A stretch of DNA of 57,349 bases from IMG/VR virus record IMGVR_UViG_3300032213_002371, positions 1-57,349 of that record, one strand, 5' to 3'. A program made the translations under genes and the position numbers. Positions within the stretch are counted from its first letter, which is position 1; each line of letters starts with the position of its first letter. Below are positions 26,183-36,293 of this stretch, in pieces. Origin of the DNA: a virus. Lineage: Duplodnaviria > Caudoviricetes. A model generated the notes under the pieces. The model made no database searches. It worked only from the letters and a program-made list of their open reading frames with translations, and was not told where the DNA came from.

Positions 26183-26313
26183 CGTGCACTCCCCGGACGG
26201 CTCGCCGGAAACGGCGGGCCGTTCAATCGAGCGCCCAGCGAATCGATTCGCCGGACGTTCGCATGAACGGCTCACGAGACATTCAACGCGCCGAAAGGCG
26301 CAAGGGGGCACGA

Positions 26314-26550
26314 GTGCACACCAACGAAATGCTTGAGCGCTTGACGCGGCACGATCGCAACCAACTCACGAACGCGCTCTCGCACGTCGAGGCGCTCATG
26401 CGATTCGCGGGCAGCGCCGCGTGGACAAGCGACCCCGACACGCTGCGAAGCGAACTCGCGCGACTGGAAGCCGAAAGCGACGCGCACACGGCCGAGTTTT
26501 TCCGCGCCGCGCGCGTGATGCTCCAGCGCCAGTGGCTCGACGGGGCGTAG
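26314..26550 (+). CDS. Hypothetical protein
   Basis: GTG start after hairpin and AAGGGGG RBS. Confidence 0.55.
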   Translation: MHTNEMLERLTRHDRNQLTNALSHVEALMRFAGSAAWTSDPDTLRSELARLEAESDAHTAEFFRAARVMLQRQWLDGA

Positions 26551-26784
26551 CCTTGTGTCACGCATGCGGCCGTAAACTTGACCGACATACCGGCGCCTTG
26601 TGCGTCGGTTGCCTACTTCACGCGGGCGATTGCGAGTGCGCGCCACGCGAATCGATTCGACCCACTAAAACGCTCGACGTAAAAAGCACGGCCCTCCCGC
26701 CGCGTAAGAAGGTGGTGAGGGGCACGAAAACAACGGGCCGTACGGCCCATGACGCGCGGGATTCCCGCGCAAGGTGATGGAAAC

Positions 26785-27966
26785 ATGGCGGCTTATTCGC
26801 AGTGGGTGTACGACGGTCTCGCGCTGCTCGACGCGGACGTGCCGGTGTCGGTCTCCGGCCCTCCCGGTGTCGGCAAGTCGTGGCAAGCGCACACGCTCCA
26901 CAAGCTCTACTGGGGCTCGCGCGCGGACACGATGCCTTTCAAGACCGTGATGGCAGCGCTCTCCGATCCGACCGACTTCACGGGCATCCTCACCGTGAAC
27001 GAGACGACCGGCGAGACCGTCCGCATCCCGCCCTCGTGGGCGGTGGAGATCGTCAAGGCGGGCGGCGGCACGGTGTTCCTCGATGAGGCCACCCTCGCGA
27101 CGCCCGCGACGTGGACGGCGCTGCTCCGCGTCATCCTCGACAAAAACGTGGGCGATCTTCAACTCCCGGCGGCGACGCGCTTCATCCTCGCGAGCAATCC
27201 CGTCGAGATGACGAACGCGGGCAACCATTTCCCCCCGGCCGGTGCGAACCGCGTCGGTCACCTGACGACCGAGGCGCCCGAGCCTCGCGACTGGGGCGAC
27301 TGGATGCAGGGCTACGCGGCCGAGACGGGCGACGCGCACGACGCGAAGGCGGCGATGCAGGTCGCGGCGTTCGTGACGCGCCGTGGCCCCGGCTTCCTGC
27401 TCAACGTGCCGAAGACCGAGGAAGGTCGCGCGGGCGCGTGGGCCTCTCCCCGCTCGTGTCACGCGGCGCAACGCGTGCTCGCGAGCGCGCACCGTCGCGG
27501 CTTCCTCGCGACTGACGACGGGCAAGAGCGCACGATCCGCTCGATCGCGGCCGTCGTCGGCGGGCCGTGGGCGGCCGAGTTCTCGACGTGGCTTGTCGAG
27601 AATGATCTCCCCGATGCCCGCGAGCTTCTGACGGGCAAGGCGTCGTTCACGTTCGACGCGACGCGTCCCGACAAGGCCCGCCCCGTGTGCCTCGCGGTCG
27701 CGAACGAGTCGGTCAAGGGGGCGGCGCGCGACAAGCCCGAGCGCGCGGCGCTCGTCGAGTCCGCGTGGGGCATCCTGCTCGACGCCGCGAAGTCCGGCCT
27801 CGCGGACAACGTCGAGAGCGCCGCGACGATCTTGAACGAGTGGCGATCGAGCCCCGCGGGCGGCGGCGGCGCGGCGAGCGCGACCCCGGCGAAGTGCCCG
27901 AACGAGTTCAAGGCCCTGACCGAGGTCTTCAAGCAGGTCCGCATGACCGCGATCAAAAAGAAGTAG
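26785..27966 (+). CDS. MoxR-like AAA+ ATPase
   Basis: GPPGVGKS, VFLDE, LASNP, NR finger, SPRS sensor 2. Confidence 0.88.
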   Translation: MAAYSQWVYDGLALLDADVPVSVSGPPGVGKSWQAHTLHKLYWGSRADTMPFKTVMAALSDPTDFTGILTVNETTGETVRIPPSWAVEIVKAGGGTVFLDEATLATPATWTALLRVILDKNVGDLQLPAATRFILASNPVEMTNAGNHFPPAGANRVGHLTTEAPEPRDWGDWMQGYAAETGDAHDAKAAMQVAAFVTRRGPGFLLNVPKTEEGRAGAWASPRSCHAAQRVLASAHRRGFLATDDGQERTIRSIAAVVGGPWAAEFSTWLVENDLPDARELLTGKASFTFDATRPDKARPVCLAVANESVKGAARDKPERAALVESAWGILLDAAKSGLADNVESAATILNEWRSSPAGGGGAASATPAKCPNEFKALTEVFKQVRMTAIKKK

Positions 27967-28109
27967 CGCGCACTCCGCGCGGGGCGGGTGGCTTTGGAAA
28001 AAGCCATCCGTTCCCGCCGCAATCCCTCACGGGGGGTTCCGGCGGGAACGGGTGTCGAGCAAGTCAACAACGGACGGCGATCGAATCGATTCGCCAAGAG
28101 GCAAGAGAG

Positions 28110-29609
28110 ATGATTGCAGCACAGACTAGGCAGAAGGCGCTGGAGGTGGTGGCGGGAGCGCGCGGCATCATCAAGGCGGTGGCCCCGTACTTAGACGCCG
28201 AGTCGGACTCGTTCTCGTGGGTCTTCTGCGAGGGGATCGGCGAGACCTTCGCGTGCGACGAAGCGCGTCGCATCTACTGCGACCCCGAGTACCTAATCAA
28301 GGTGGGTCCCGGCACGGTGGCGGCCGATTTCCTGCACGAGATCGTCGTGCACACGATGGGCGACCACTTCAAGCGTGCCCGCAAGGCGGGCGTGTCTGAC
28401 ATGCTCCAGAAGGCGTGGAACATGGCGGGCGACGCGGCCGGTAACCATATCGTCCGCGAGATCGCGGCCATCTCGCAGGGTCGCATCACGCCGGGGAACG
28501 TGCGGATCGAGCCCGCGACGCAAGCGGCCGACTTCGACAAGTCGGGGTGGGTCACTGCGAAGTCGCTGGGCTGCAACGATGGCGACACCGTCGAGGTGAT
28601 CTTTCAGAAGATCCTCGATCAGCAGAAGGACGGCGATGGCAACGGCCCCGGCCCGAAGCCGCCCCCGCCCCGCGACCCGACCGGCCCCGAGGGCAACGAG
28701 AAGGGCCCCGGAACGAAGCCGCCCCCCGGCACCGAGCCGCGGGACCCGCAGGACGGCGAGCCGCAGGACGGCGAGGGCGACGGCGAGGGCGACGGCGAGC
28801 CGACGCCGATCAAGGTCCCGCCCAACTATCAGCCGCCGAAGCCGCCCCCCGGCAAAAAGCCGAAGGAGTGCGGCGGGTGCGCGGGCGACAAGCAGAAGAC
28901 CGACAAGCTCCGCGAGGCCGCCGAGGCGCAGGGCGAATCGATTCCCAAAGAGCGCAGCGCGCTCGAACTGGAGGGGATCAAGCAAGCCACCGCGCAGAAG
29001 ATCAAGGAAGCGGCGGGCCGCGGCAACGTCCCCGGCGGCATCAAGCGCTGGGCCGAGGAAGCGACTGAGCCGCCCAAGGTGGACTGGCGGCGCGAGCTTC
29101 CGAACCTCGTGAAGCGCGGGCTGGAACTCGCGAAGGGCAAGGTGGACTTTACCTTCGCGAAGACGAAGAAGCGCGCGGGCGTCATCCTCCCGACGATGGC
29201 GTCGTTCAAGCCCCGCGTGGCTATGGTGTTCGACACGTCGGGCTCGATGGGCGACAAGGACGTGGCCGCGAGCGTGGTCGAGGGCGTCGGGCTCGTGAAG
29301 AAGGCGGGCGTGACCGACGCGTGGATCATCGCGTGCGACACGGTGCCCACGGCCCCGACGAAGATGAAGGGCATGAACGCGCAGTCCATCAAGGACGTGC
29401 TCGCGGGCGGCGGCGGGACGGATATGGGCGCAGGCATCCGTGCGGCGGCAAAGACGAAGCCGCACGTCACCGTCGTCTTCACCGACCTCGACACGGGTTG
29501 GCCCGACGTGAAGCCCGACAACGCTGGCGAGGTCATCATCGTCGGCGTCCGCAAGAGCAACTGCCCGACGCCCGAGTGGGCGCGCAAGGTGCTCGACGCA
29601 AGCAAGTAG
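28110..29609 (+). CDS. Metallopeptidase-like + vWA domain protein (DUF2201-like)
   Basis: HEIVVH....H, WNMAGD...N, low-complexity linker, VDWRREL, MIDAS DTSGSM, GGGTD, FTD. Confidence 0.88.
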   Translation: MIAAQTRQKALEVVAGARGIIKAVAPYLDAESDSFSWVFCEGIGETFACDEARRIYCDPEYLIKVGPGTVAADFLHEIVVHTMGDHFKRARKAGVSDMLQKAWNMAGDAAGNHIVREIAAISQGRITPGNVRIEPATQAADFDKSGWVTAKSLGCNDGDTVEVIFQKILDQQKDGDGNGPGPKPPPPRDPTGPEGNEKGPGTKPPPGTEPRDPQDGEPQDGEGDGEGDGEPTPIKVPPNYQPPKPPPGKKPKECGGCAGDKQKTDKLREAAEAQGESIPKERSALELEGIKQATAQKIKEAAGRGNVPGGIKRWAEEATEPPKVDWRRELPNLVKRGLELAKGKVDFTFAKTKKRAGVILPTMASFKPRVAMVFDTSGSMGDKDVAASVVEGVGLVKKAGVTDAWIIACDTVPTAPTKMKGMNAQSIKDVLAGGGGTDMGAGIRAAAKTKPHVTVVFTDLDTGWPDVKPDNAGEVIIVGVRKSNCPTPEWARKVLDASK

Positions 29610-29711
29610 ATCGAATCGATTCGCTCCCGGCTCCGGTGGAATGGTCCATCGGAGCCGGTGGCGGGTCGCGCAAGGCAACGTGAAGCGCCGAGTAGGCGCG
29701 AGGTGAAACCC

Positions 29712-30608
29712 ATGGCGAACGAAAACAACACCCTCACCGTTCCGGTCGTCGCGAACGAAGACGCGTGCGCGATCCCGGCGCTCGGCATCCTCGTGACGTG
29801 GAAGGCGGGCGGCGAGGCGCAGCAGCAGGAGTGCGAGAACGTGTTCGCGAGCGTCGGGTTCGGCAACGACGCGCCGAAGCCCCGCACGATCCGCGACTCG
29901 CTTCACGCCGGTCTCGTGAGCGAGTTCAGCCGAAAGAACCGGCCGGTGCGCCCGACGCCCCGCGGCTACGAGGTCGTGCAAGAGACGCCGACCGAGGACG
30001 GTAAGAACCTCACGCGCGAGCACGTCGTCGCCGCGTGGATCGAGCGGGACCGCGCCGCGGGCTCCGAGGTCGTGCGCGTGGACAACGCGGCGCACTTCGA
30101 CGCGGTCAAGGCCGCGACCGACGCCGCGCAGAAGCGCGTGGACGGGACCTCGATCGGCAAGGCGCTCTCGACGGTGGCGGGCTCGCGGCTCGGCGGGTTT
30201 TCGATCCGCGACGGCGGCGGCGTGTACTGGGTCCCGCCCGCGGCGGCCGAGACGTGGGCGAAGCTCGCGCAGGGTCTCACGAAGACGGGCGTCGTGCGGT
30301 TCCGGCAGTTCACCGTGACGGGCGACGCCGAGACCGTGGACTCGCTCGTGGACTCCGTCGAAGCGAAGATCGAGGCGGTGCTCTCCGAGATCGTCGCGGA
30401 CCTCGACGGTGGCAAGGTCAAGACCGCCCGCGGCCTGACGGCTCGCAGCGAGGAAGCGGCGGCGCTGGTCGAGCAACTCGGCCAGTGGGAGACGGTGCTC
30501 GGCCGCGCGCTCGATTCCTTCCGCACGAAGGTCGAGGAAGTGCAAGTCCGCGCCGCACAGGCCGCGCTCGCGGCCCTCTCGGCCGACTCCGAAAGCGAGG
30601 CCGCGTAA
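29712..30608 (+). CDS. Hypothetical protein, DUF6744/DUF3150-like partner of MoxR-vWA modules
   Basis: G.LVTW near the N-terminus, R.GGGVYWVP motif, helical C-terminus; gene position. Confidence 0.65.
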   Translation: MANENNTLTVPVVANEDACAIPALGILVTWKAGGEAQQQECENVFASVGFGNDAPKPRTIRDSLHAGLVSEFSRKNRPVRPTPRGYEVVQETPTEDGKNLTREHVVAAWIERDRAAGSEVVRVDNAAHFDAVKAATDAAQKRVDGTSIGKALSTVAGSRLGGFSIRDGGGVYWVPPAAAETWAKLAQGLTKTGVVRFRQFTVTGDAETVDSLVDSVEAKIEAVLSEIVADLDGGKVKTARGLTARSEEAAALVEQLGQWETVLGRALDSFRTKVEEVQVRAAQAALAALSADSESEAA

Positions 30609-30737
30609 TGATCCCCGACAACGCCGTGTGGATCGATGACGTGCTTGTGCTCGTGTCCGAGGCCGAGACGGTCCCCGCCATTTCGGCGGGGGCCGGTTCG
30701 GCCGGTTGCGCGGACTCCGCGCGCGAGGAGGTGTGTG

Positions 30738-30950
30738 ATGTCGGTTAGCACGATGCCGCAGTGGGTGCTCGACGCGATTAAGACGGGCGACGTTCTGACC
30801 GTGACGCCCGCGGCCGACCGGGACATCCCGGTGTGTTCGTCGACGCAGGGCGCGAGCGCGATCTCCGCGAGCGACCTCATCAAGGCGTACAACGAGAAGC
30901 ACGGGACCGACTGGAAGTACGACGTGAGCGGCGAAGACGAAGTGTTCTAG
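30738..30950 (+). CDS. Hypothetical protein
   Basis: GAGGAGG RBS. Confidence 0.55.
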   Translation: MSVSTMPQWVLDAIKTGDVLTVTPAADRDIPVCSSTQGASAISASDLIKAYNEKHGTDWKYDVSGEDEVF

Positions 30951-31002
30951 GCGAATCGATTCGCAACAACGAACGGGCCGCAAAGGCCCATGGAGGTGAG
31001 AC

Positions 31003-31911
31003 GTGAAGTTCAAGGTTCAGATGACACCGCTGCGTTACCAATCACCTGCGACGTGGCTCACACCGATCGAGCCGGTGAGCACGCTGCATGCGGCTCTCCC
31101 GGCTTACCTCGCGGGGCTGGGGTTGGCGTCGTCGGCAACGTCTCCGGTGGCGCTCGACGCAGAAACGCGCGAGGCGCAAGAGGCGCGGTGGGCCGTGTTC
31201 GTCGAGCAGGGCGTTGCGCTCCGCGACCCCGAGGCCCTGCGCTGGTACGCCGATCAGGAGTTTGCGCGGCAGTTGAAAGCGAACCCGCGGTGGACGAGCA
31301 ACGCTGTCTCGATGACCGTCATCGCGGTGACCAAGGCCGCGGGCGGGGTTCTTCCTCCCGACCTCGCGCACCTCAACGAAGAGTTGCACAAGCGCTCCGA
31401 GCCGATCGAGAAGATCCGGGTCGAGCGGCGAAAGACCCGTCCGCTCATTTCGACGCCGCCGCCTACGCGGCCCGATCTTGCCGCCATCGCCCTCCGCAAC
31501 AAGTTCGACATGGCGCTCGCGACGACCGCACGCGAAGAGTTGAAGAAGGCGGGCTTCCTGCATCCGAAGGACCTTGGCGTTTCGCTGGCCGATCCGACCG
31601 TGCCGATCATCCCGACGACAAGCGGCACGTCGCCGTCCGCGATTTTCGAGAAGAAGGGCCGCGGGCGCCGGTCGTCCACCTCGATCGTCGCGCATCTTCG
31701 CCGCGACTGGCTCCGCAAGGTCCACAAGCCGGGGCTCACGTTCCTGTTCGGCCCGCGGACGTTCGTGCTTCACGCCGAGGTGTCCGACAGGGGCACGTTC
31801 ATCACGCTTGCGCGACAGCACGAGACGCGGCGCGGCACGATCAAGGTCGAGCACGGTTGGCTTTCATTCGATCGTAAAAATCAACGAGTCCTGAAGAAGG
31901 AGAAGAAGTAA
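31003..31911 (+). CDS. Hypothetical protein
   Basis: GGAGG RBS after conserved hairpin; 302-aa ORF. Confidence 0.65.
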   Translation: MKFKVQMTPLRYQSPATWLTPIEPVSTLHAALPAYLAGLGLASSATSPVALDAETREAQEARWAVFVEQGVALRDPEALRWYADQEFARQLKANPRWTSNAVSMTVIAVTKAAGGVLPPDLAHLNEELHKRSEPIEKIRVERRKTRPLISTPPPTRPDLAAIALRNKFDMALATTAREELKKAGFLHPKDLGVSLADPTVPIIPTTSGTSPSAIFEKKGRGRRSSTSIVAHLRRDWLRKVHKPGLTFLFGPRTFVLHAEVSDRGTFITLARQHETRRGTIKVEHGWLSFDRKNQRVLKKEKK

Positions 31912-31913
31912 CC

Positions 31914-33071
31914 ATGGCAACCGATACCGTCCTGCGTCCCCTTTCGGCCCGCAGCGATCCGACTGCGTTCGTGACCGGCTACGAGCACACCGCCGCCGAG
32001 ACGCTCGCGAGTCACCTCGCGTGGCCCAACCGGGACAACGACGCGACCACCTTCGCGTTCTCGATCACCGAGTACCAAGCGACGTTGCTGCTCAACATCA
32101 AGTCGGCGCACTGGGCCGTGCCGCTGTCAGGCCGGTACAATCGCTTCGTCCCGTTCAGCCCCTCGATCCTCGATCCGGTGGCCGACGCCGAGCGAATCGA
32201 TTCGCAGGTTCTTCGCGCGGCCCTCGTCGCCGCGGTGAACACGGCCGAGATCGGGACGACGTTCGGTTCTCGCTCCGTCTACCTCAATGGGATCGACGTG
32301 ATCGGGCTTAGTGCGAGCATGGCGATCACCGCGCCGCTCGATCTTCCGCCGCTCGCGGCGGCGACGAAGGGCGGCTACATCGCCCTGCGTTCCACCGTCG
32401 CTCGGTTCCTCGCCTCGATCATTCTCGCGGCCGAGTTCCGCCGAAACCACAATCTTCCCGGCGGCGAGGTGACCGTGACCGTGGCCATCGCACTCGATGG
32501 TTCGCTGGTGCTGCGCGTCGAGACCGACACGATCACGGCCGTGCTGGAACAGGCGGTGCTCGTGCGGCCGTTCTTTCACGAGGACGCGCTGCTCGCGGAC
32601 TTCATGCGCGAGCCGATCGCGACGGCGACCTTCGATGCCGAGAGCGCGCGGCGCGCGTTCCGCAGTTCAGTCCGCGCCGCGTTCGGCGACGAGACCATAG
32701 TGCCGACCGCGACGATCAAGCATGAGGGCGAATGGTGCCCGACAACCTTGTACGTCGGTGAGACCGGCGTATCGCTCGCGCGGATTCTGTGCCGCGCGCC
32801 GAAGGCCGATGGCGATGTCATGCCGAGCAACGTGCCGGTTACAGCGGACACGCAAGCGTGGCCGTTCTCCAACGTCTCTCGCAGCACGCCGCACACTGGG
32901 GCGCGCGCTTGGCAGATGATCGACGGCGCCGTGTTCGAGGTGCTCCCGTTCATCGCACCGACGTTCACCGTGGGCCTCACCGAGGCCCGCAGCGAGAAGG
33001 CAACCCCGGTCGTTCTCTGGACCGACAACGGTATCCGGCTCACGCTCGCCGCGATGTCGGCGGTGGAGTAA
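31914..33071 (+). CDS. Hypothetical protein, possibly a degenerate DNA sliding clamp (DnaN-like)
   Basis: 385 aa; SRSVYLNGI resembles the DnaN R.YLNG motif; C-terminal PVVL...LTLAAM. Confidence 0.4.
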   Translation: MATDTVLRPLSARSDPTAFVTGYEHTAAETLASHLAWPNRDNDATTFAFSITEYQATLLLNIKSAHWAVPLSGRYNRFVPFSPSILDPVADAERIDSQVLRAALVAAVNTAEIGTTFGSRSVYLNGIDVIGLSASMAITAPLDLPPLAAATKGGYIALRSTVARFLASIILAAEFRRNHNLPGGEVTVTVAIALDGSLVLRVETDTITAVLEQAVLVRPFFHEDALLADFMREPIATATFDAESARRAFRSSVRAAFGDETIVPTATIKHEGEWCPTTLYVGETGVSLARILCRAPKADGDVMPSNVPVTADTQAWPFSNVSRSTPHTGARAWQMIDGAVFEVLPFIAPTFTVGLTEARSEKATPVVLWTDNGIRLTLAAMSAVE

Positions 33072-33276
33072 GCCATGGGCCGCAGGAACAACGACAAGCC
33101 GATCATCATCGAGCACGTTGCACGATTGCCGAAGCGTGAGAAGCCCGCGCAGCGACGACGCCGAGAGCGTCGCGCCGCAGAGCGGGAGTCGCGCGGACTT
33201 CCCGCGTGGCCGAAGGGCTCGTGGGGCGCGATGTGGGACAAAAACGAACCGGCCGAAAAGGCCGATGGAGTGAGAG

Positions 33277-33729
33277 ATGATTCTGAAACTTCCGATCCAG
33301 AAGGACAGGCACTACCTCACGGCAAGCGAGATCCGAGAGCTTAACGAGTGGTGCGCGCGGCTCGCGCAGTTGCAGTTGCTCGGCGCGACGCTGGAGGACC
33401 ACACCGAGACGGTCACGACGAAGCACGGCGAGACGCGGAAGCAAACGCTCGACGAGGTGCCCGAGCCGTTCGTGGAGCCGCCCGTCGTCAAGTGCGAGAA
33501 GTGCGGCAACGACGAGATCAGGAAGTTCGGCCTCGTGTACTACGAGCGGCAGTACCGAGCGCTCCGGGGCTTCAATAAGAAGGGCGACGTCGGCGTCCGC
33601 GACGACCCCGACTACAACGACATCTCGCGCAACGACCCGATCGAGGCCGTGCGGCCGTTCGCGGGTGAGTGGCTCAAGTGCGACCACTGCCAGCACGAGC
33701 AGCGGCCCGACGTGTTTTTCGAGTGGTAG
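33277..33729 (+). CDS. Zinc-binding hypothetical protein
   Basis: CEKC ... CDHC pairs; hairpin + GGAG RBS. Confidence 0.65.
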   Translation: MILKLPIQKDRHYLTASEIRELNEWCARLAQLQLLGATLEDHTETVTTKHGETRKQTLDEVPEPFVEPPVVKCEKCGNDEIRKFGLVYYERQYRALRGFNKKGDVGVRDDPDYNDISRNDPIEAVRPFAGEWLKCDHCQHEQRPDVFFEW

Positions 33730-33778
33730 CGAATCGATTCGGGCAACGGACGCGCCGGAAGGCGCAAAGGAAAGACCC

Positions 33779-34030
33779 ATGGTGATGACTCCAGCCCGCG
33801 CGCGGGAACTGATCCTGCTGGTGTTCACGACCGACCGATCCGGCGTGACACCCGCGATGGTTCGCGAGATCCGCGCAGTGCAACCGGACTATCGGGAGCC
33901 TGAGAGCGAGGCGTTGTTCCGCGTCGCGGGCATCCCGTACCCCGGCGTCGCCGTCGTGAAGGACAACCCCGAATCGATTCGCCTGATGGTCGCGGCGGCC
34001 AACGCGGCCGAGATGATGGAGGACGCGTGA
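33779..34030 (+). CDS. Hypothetical protein
   Basis: Hairpin + AAGGA RBS. Confidence 0.55.
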   Translation: MVMTPARARELILLVFTTDRSGVTPAMVREIRAVQPDYREPESEALFRVAGIPYPGVAVVKDNPESIRLMVAAANAAEMMEDA

Positions 34031-34221
34031 TGACCCACGCCGAGTACGAGCAAAAGCGGATCGCCCTGCTGACGAACCACCTGTACGCCGCCGCGGTCGC
34101 CGACGTCGATGTGCCGCAAGCCGTAGACCTCGCGCGGCAACTCGCCGACGCGCTGGACCGGCTCGCGCTGGAGATCGATCCGTTCGAGAACATCAACCCC
34201 AACAAGAAGGAGGCCCGATGA
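34027..34221 (+). CDS. Hypothetical protein
   Basis: Overlapping start/stop, GGAGG RBS. Confidence 0.55.
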   Translation: MMTHAEYEQKRIALLTNHLYAAAVADVDVPQAVDLARQLADALDRLALEIDPFENINPNKKEAR

Positions 34222-34460
34222 TCTTCCACAAGAGCCAGTACGGCATGTTCGCGGGCGGCTTCGACGCGGACCTTCGCGGGTTCGTCGGCACGACCGCCGA
34301 GGACGTGCTCACGCTCGACTGGCCGGAGACCCCGACGCGCGAACAAGCGCTCGACATCGCGCTGGGCAACACGTTCGTCCAGACGGCCGCCATCGCCCGC
34401 ATTGAGGCGTGGCGCGAGCCGGGGTCTCCGAAGCCGGGGGGGACCGCCGAGATTCGATAA
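34218..34460 (+). CDS. Hypothetical protein
   Basis: ATGA overlap, AGGAGG RBS. Confidence 0.55.
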   Translation: MIFHKSQYGMFAGGFDADLRGFVGTTAEDVLTLDWPETPTREQALDIALGNTFVQTAAIARIEAWREPGSPKPGGTAEIR

Positions 34461-34561
34461 TGGCAGTTATCGCAAGTAAAGCCGGGGCGCGATGGGCGCG
34501 ACCCCCGGCTCCGATGACCCCCGGCCGACTCGATTCGGCTGGAAAACAAGGGGAAAACGAA

Positions 34562-34750
34562 ATGGCGAAGTCGAAGAAGCGCGGCCTGTTTGACCTGATG
34601 GACGACCTGACGATCGAGGCAACGGAGGGCGGCAAGTGGGCCGTGCTCCACGAAGACGAGGTGCTGGCCTTGTGCGCCAACGAGTCCATCGCCACGTTCG
34701 TCCAGATGGCGATCCTGACAGCAAACATGAACCCGATCGAGGTGAAGTGA
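34562..34750 (+). CDS. Hypothetical protein
   Basis: AAGGGG RBS; MAKSKKRGLFDL... Confidence 0.55.
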   Translation: MAKSKKRGLFDLMDDLTIEATEGGKWAVLHEDEVLALCANESIATFVQMAILTANMNPIEVK

Positions 34751-35019
34751 TGGACACGATCAACTGGCAGAAGGTCCGCGAGGCCGCGCGCATGATGCTC
34801 ACGCTCAACGCGGGAGAGACCGAGGCGCTGTTCAGCCTCGTCGCGTCGGTCAACGAGACCCGCGACACGCCGAAGCCGGAAGCGCCGACCCGTCCCGACC
34901 CGCGCGGGCGCTACAAGTGCTCGCTGTGCGACAAGGTGCTGCCCACCAAGCGCGGGCGGGGCATCCACGAGGCGCGCGTCCACAAGACCGGTGACTTGTT
35001 CCCGAAGGAGACCAAGTGA
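34750..35019 (+). CDS. Small protein with a classical C2H2 zinc finger
   Basis: YKCSLCDKVLPTKRGRGIHEARVH. Confidence 0.7.
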   Translation: MDTINWQKVREAARMMLTLNAGETEALFSLVASVNETRDTPKPEAPTRPDPRGRYKCSLCDKVLPTKRGRGIHEARVHKTGDLFPKETK

Positions 35020-35435
35020 CCGCGGACGAGGCCTACAAAAAGTTCGTCGGCAAGAAGGGCGCGCTGGCCTTCGCGGCCGAGAAGGTCCAATCGATTCTCG
35101 GGCTGGGCTTGGCTAGATCCGGCGACGCGGCGACGTTCTACCGACTCGATGACATCGTCGAACCCGACGAGTCGGTCGAGACCCGCGAGTCCCGCAGTCT
35201 CATGGTGCTCGTCAACCAGCACGAGAACGGCGGGACGTTCTACTGCGACGGCGCCGACAACATCCCCACCGACGAACACTGGCACAACGAGATGGCACCG
35301 TGGAAGGCGGCCGTGCTGGAAGAACTGCGCGTGATCCTGAAGCTCGACGAGGAGGAGAGGGGGTACTGGGACAACGCAGTCGCGATCTTCCGCGGCGAGA
35401 TCATGCACCCAGCCGTCCTGCCCTCGATTCGCTAA
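35016..35435 (+). CDS. Hypothetical protein, paralog of 35803..36231
   Basis: Shared APWKAA...EL...L.LD.E......A..+F.GEI.HPAV. Confidence 0.7.
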   Translation: MTADEAYKKFVGKKGALAFAAEKVQSILGLGLARSGDAATFYRLDDIVEPDESVETRESRSLMVLVNQHENGGTFYCDGADNIPTDEHWHNEMAPWKAAVLEELRVILKLDEEERGYWDNAVAIFRGEIMHPAVLPSIR

Positions 35436-35464
35436 CCCACGACGCGCCGCACAGGCGCAAGGAG

Positions 35465-35800
35465 ATGATGATGAGCCACCACTACGACCCGATGTTCGAC
35501 GAGGAAGTGCCCGAGGATTGCATCGAGTGCGCGAAGGCGCTCACCGAGGACAACGACACGGGCTTCTGCTGCGACGACCACCGGATCGCGTGGGAGCGTC
35601 GGCAGCGCGCGGCCGACGATGCCTACGCTCAGGCGCTCATCGATGAGGCGAAGTACGGCGCCGAGTGGAAGGCCGAGGCAGCGCGCGGACTCCCCGCGTG
35701 CGACGAGTTCGTAATCCCCGAGCGCCTGCGGCCATCGACGTTCCTCGGACTCGCCATGACCAAGGCGTTCATGCAGACGCCGGAAAGGGAGCGGGTGTAG
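35465..35800 (+). CDS. Hypothetical Cys-containing protein
   Basis: Hairpin + AAGGAG RBS; CIEC...FCCDDH. Confidence 0.6.
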   Translation: MMMSHHYDPMFDEEVPEDCIECAKALTEDNDTGFCCDDHRIAWERRQRAADDAYAQALIDEAKYGAEWKAEAARGLPACDEFVIPERLRPSTFLGLAMTKAFMQTPERERV

Positions 35801-35802
35801 CC

Positions 35803-36231
35803 ATGGCGAAGGCGAAGTGGACGGTGTACCGCGGCCGGGGCACGCGCCAAAAGATGTCAGACGCAACTCACGCCAAGCGCGTGAAGCGGCTGCTCGACGT
35901 CGCGCAGGGCTTTGCGAAAAGCGTCGGGCTCGTCGTGTACATCGATGATCGGAACGTCACGTTCTGCCGCGAGACAGACAAGTTCTTCGCGGACACGCTC
36001 AGTGTGCTCGTGAGCCCCACGGACGGCGTGCTCGTGCCCGATGGCTGGGAAGGCGACGACGGCGGCTACGGTGACGGCTACTGCGACGAGGCACCGTGGA
36101 AGGCGGCGGCGTGCGCGGAACTGCTGGCCGCGCTGCACCTCGACGCCGAGAGCAAGAAGCATATTGAGTACGCACGAAGCGTGTTCGCGGGCGAGATCGC
36201 GCATCCCGCCGTCGTCTACGCGATGCGATAG
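35803..36231 (+). CDS. Hypothetical protein, paralog of 35016..35435
   Basis: Shared C-terminal motif. Confidence 0.7.
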   Translation: MAKAKWTVYRGRGTRQKMSDATHAKRVKRLLDVAQGFAKSVGLVVYIDDRNVTFCRETDKFFADTLSVLVSPTDGVLVPDGWEGDDGGYGDGYCDEAPWKAAACAELLAALHLDAESKKHIEYARSVFAGEIAHPAVVYAMR

Positions 36232-36293
36232 GCCCGAATCGATTCGAGGCACGACCAACCTTTGACGGCCCGCTGGGCCAAGGAGCAATACCG

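Noticed and set aside
33075-33344. 89-aa ORF (and the 46-aa ORF at 30608..30748)
   Set aside because: Possibly real, but short, overlapping neighbours and without motifs; not enough support to list
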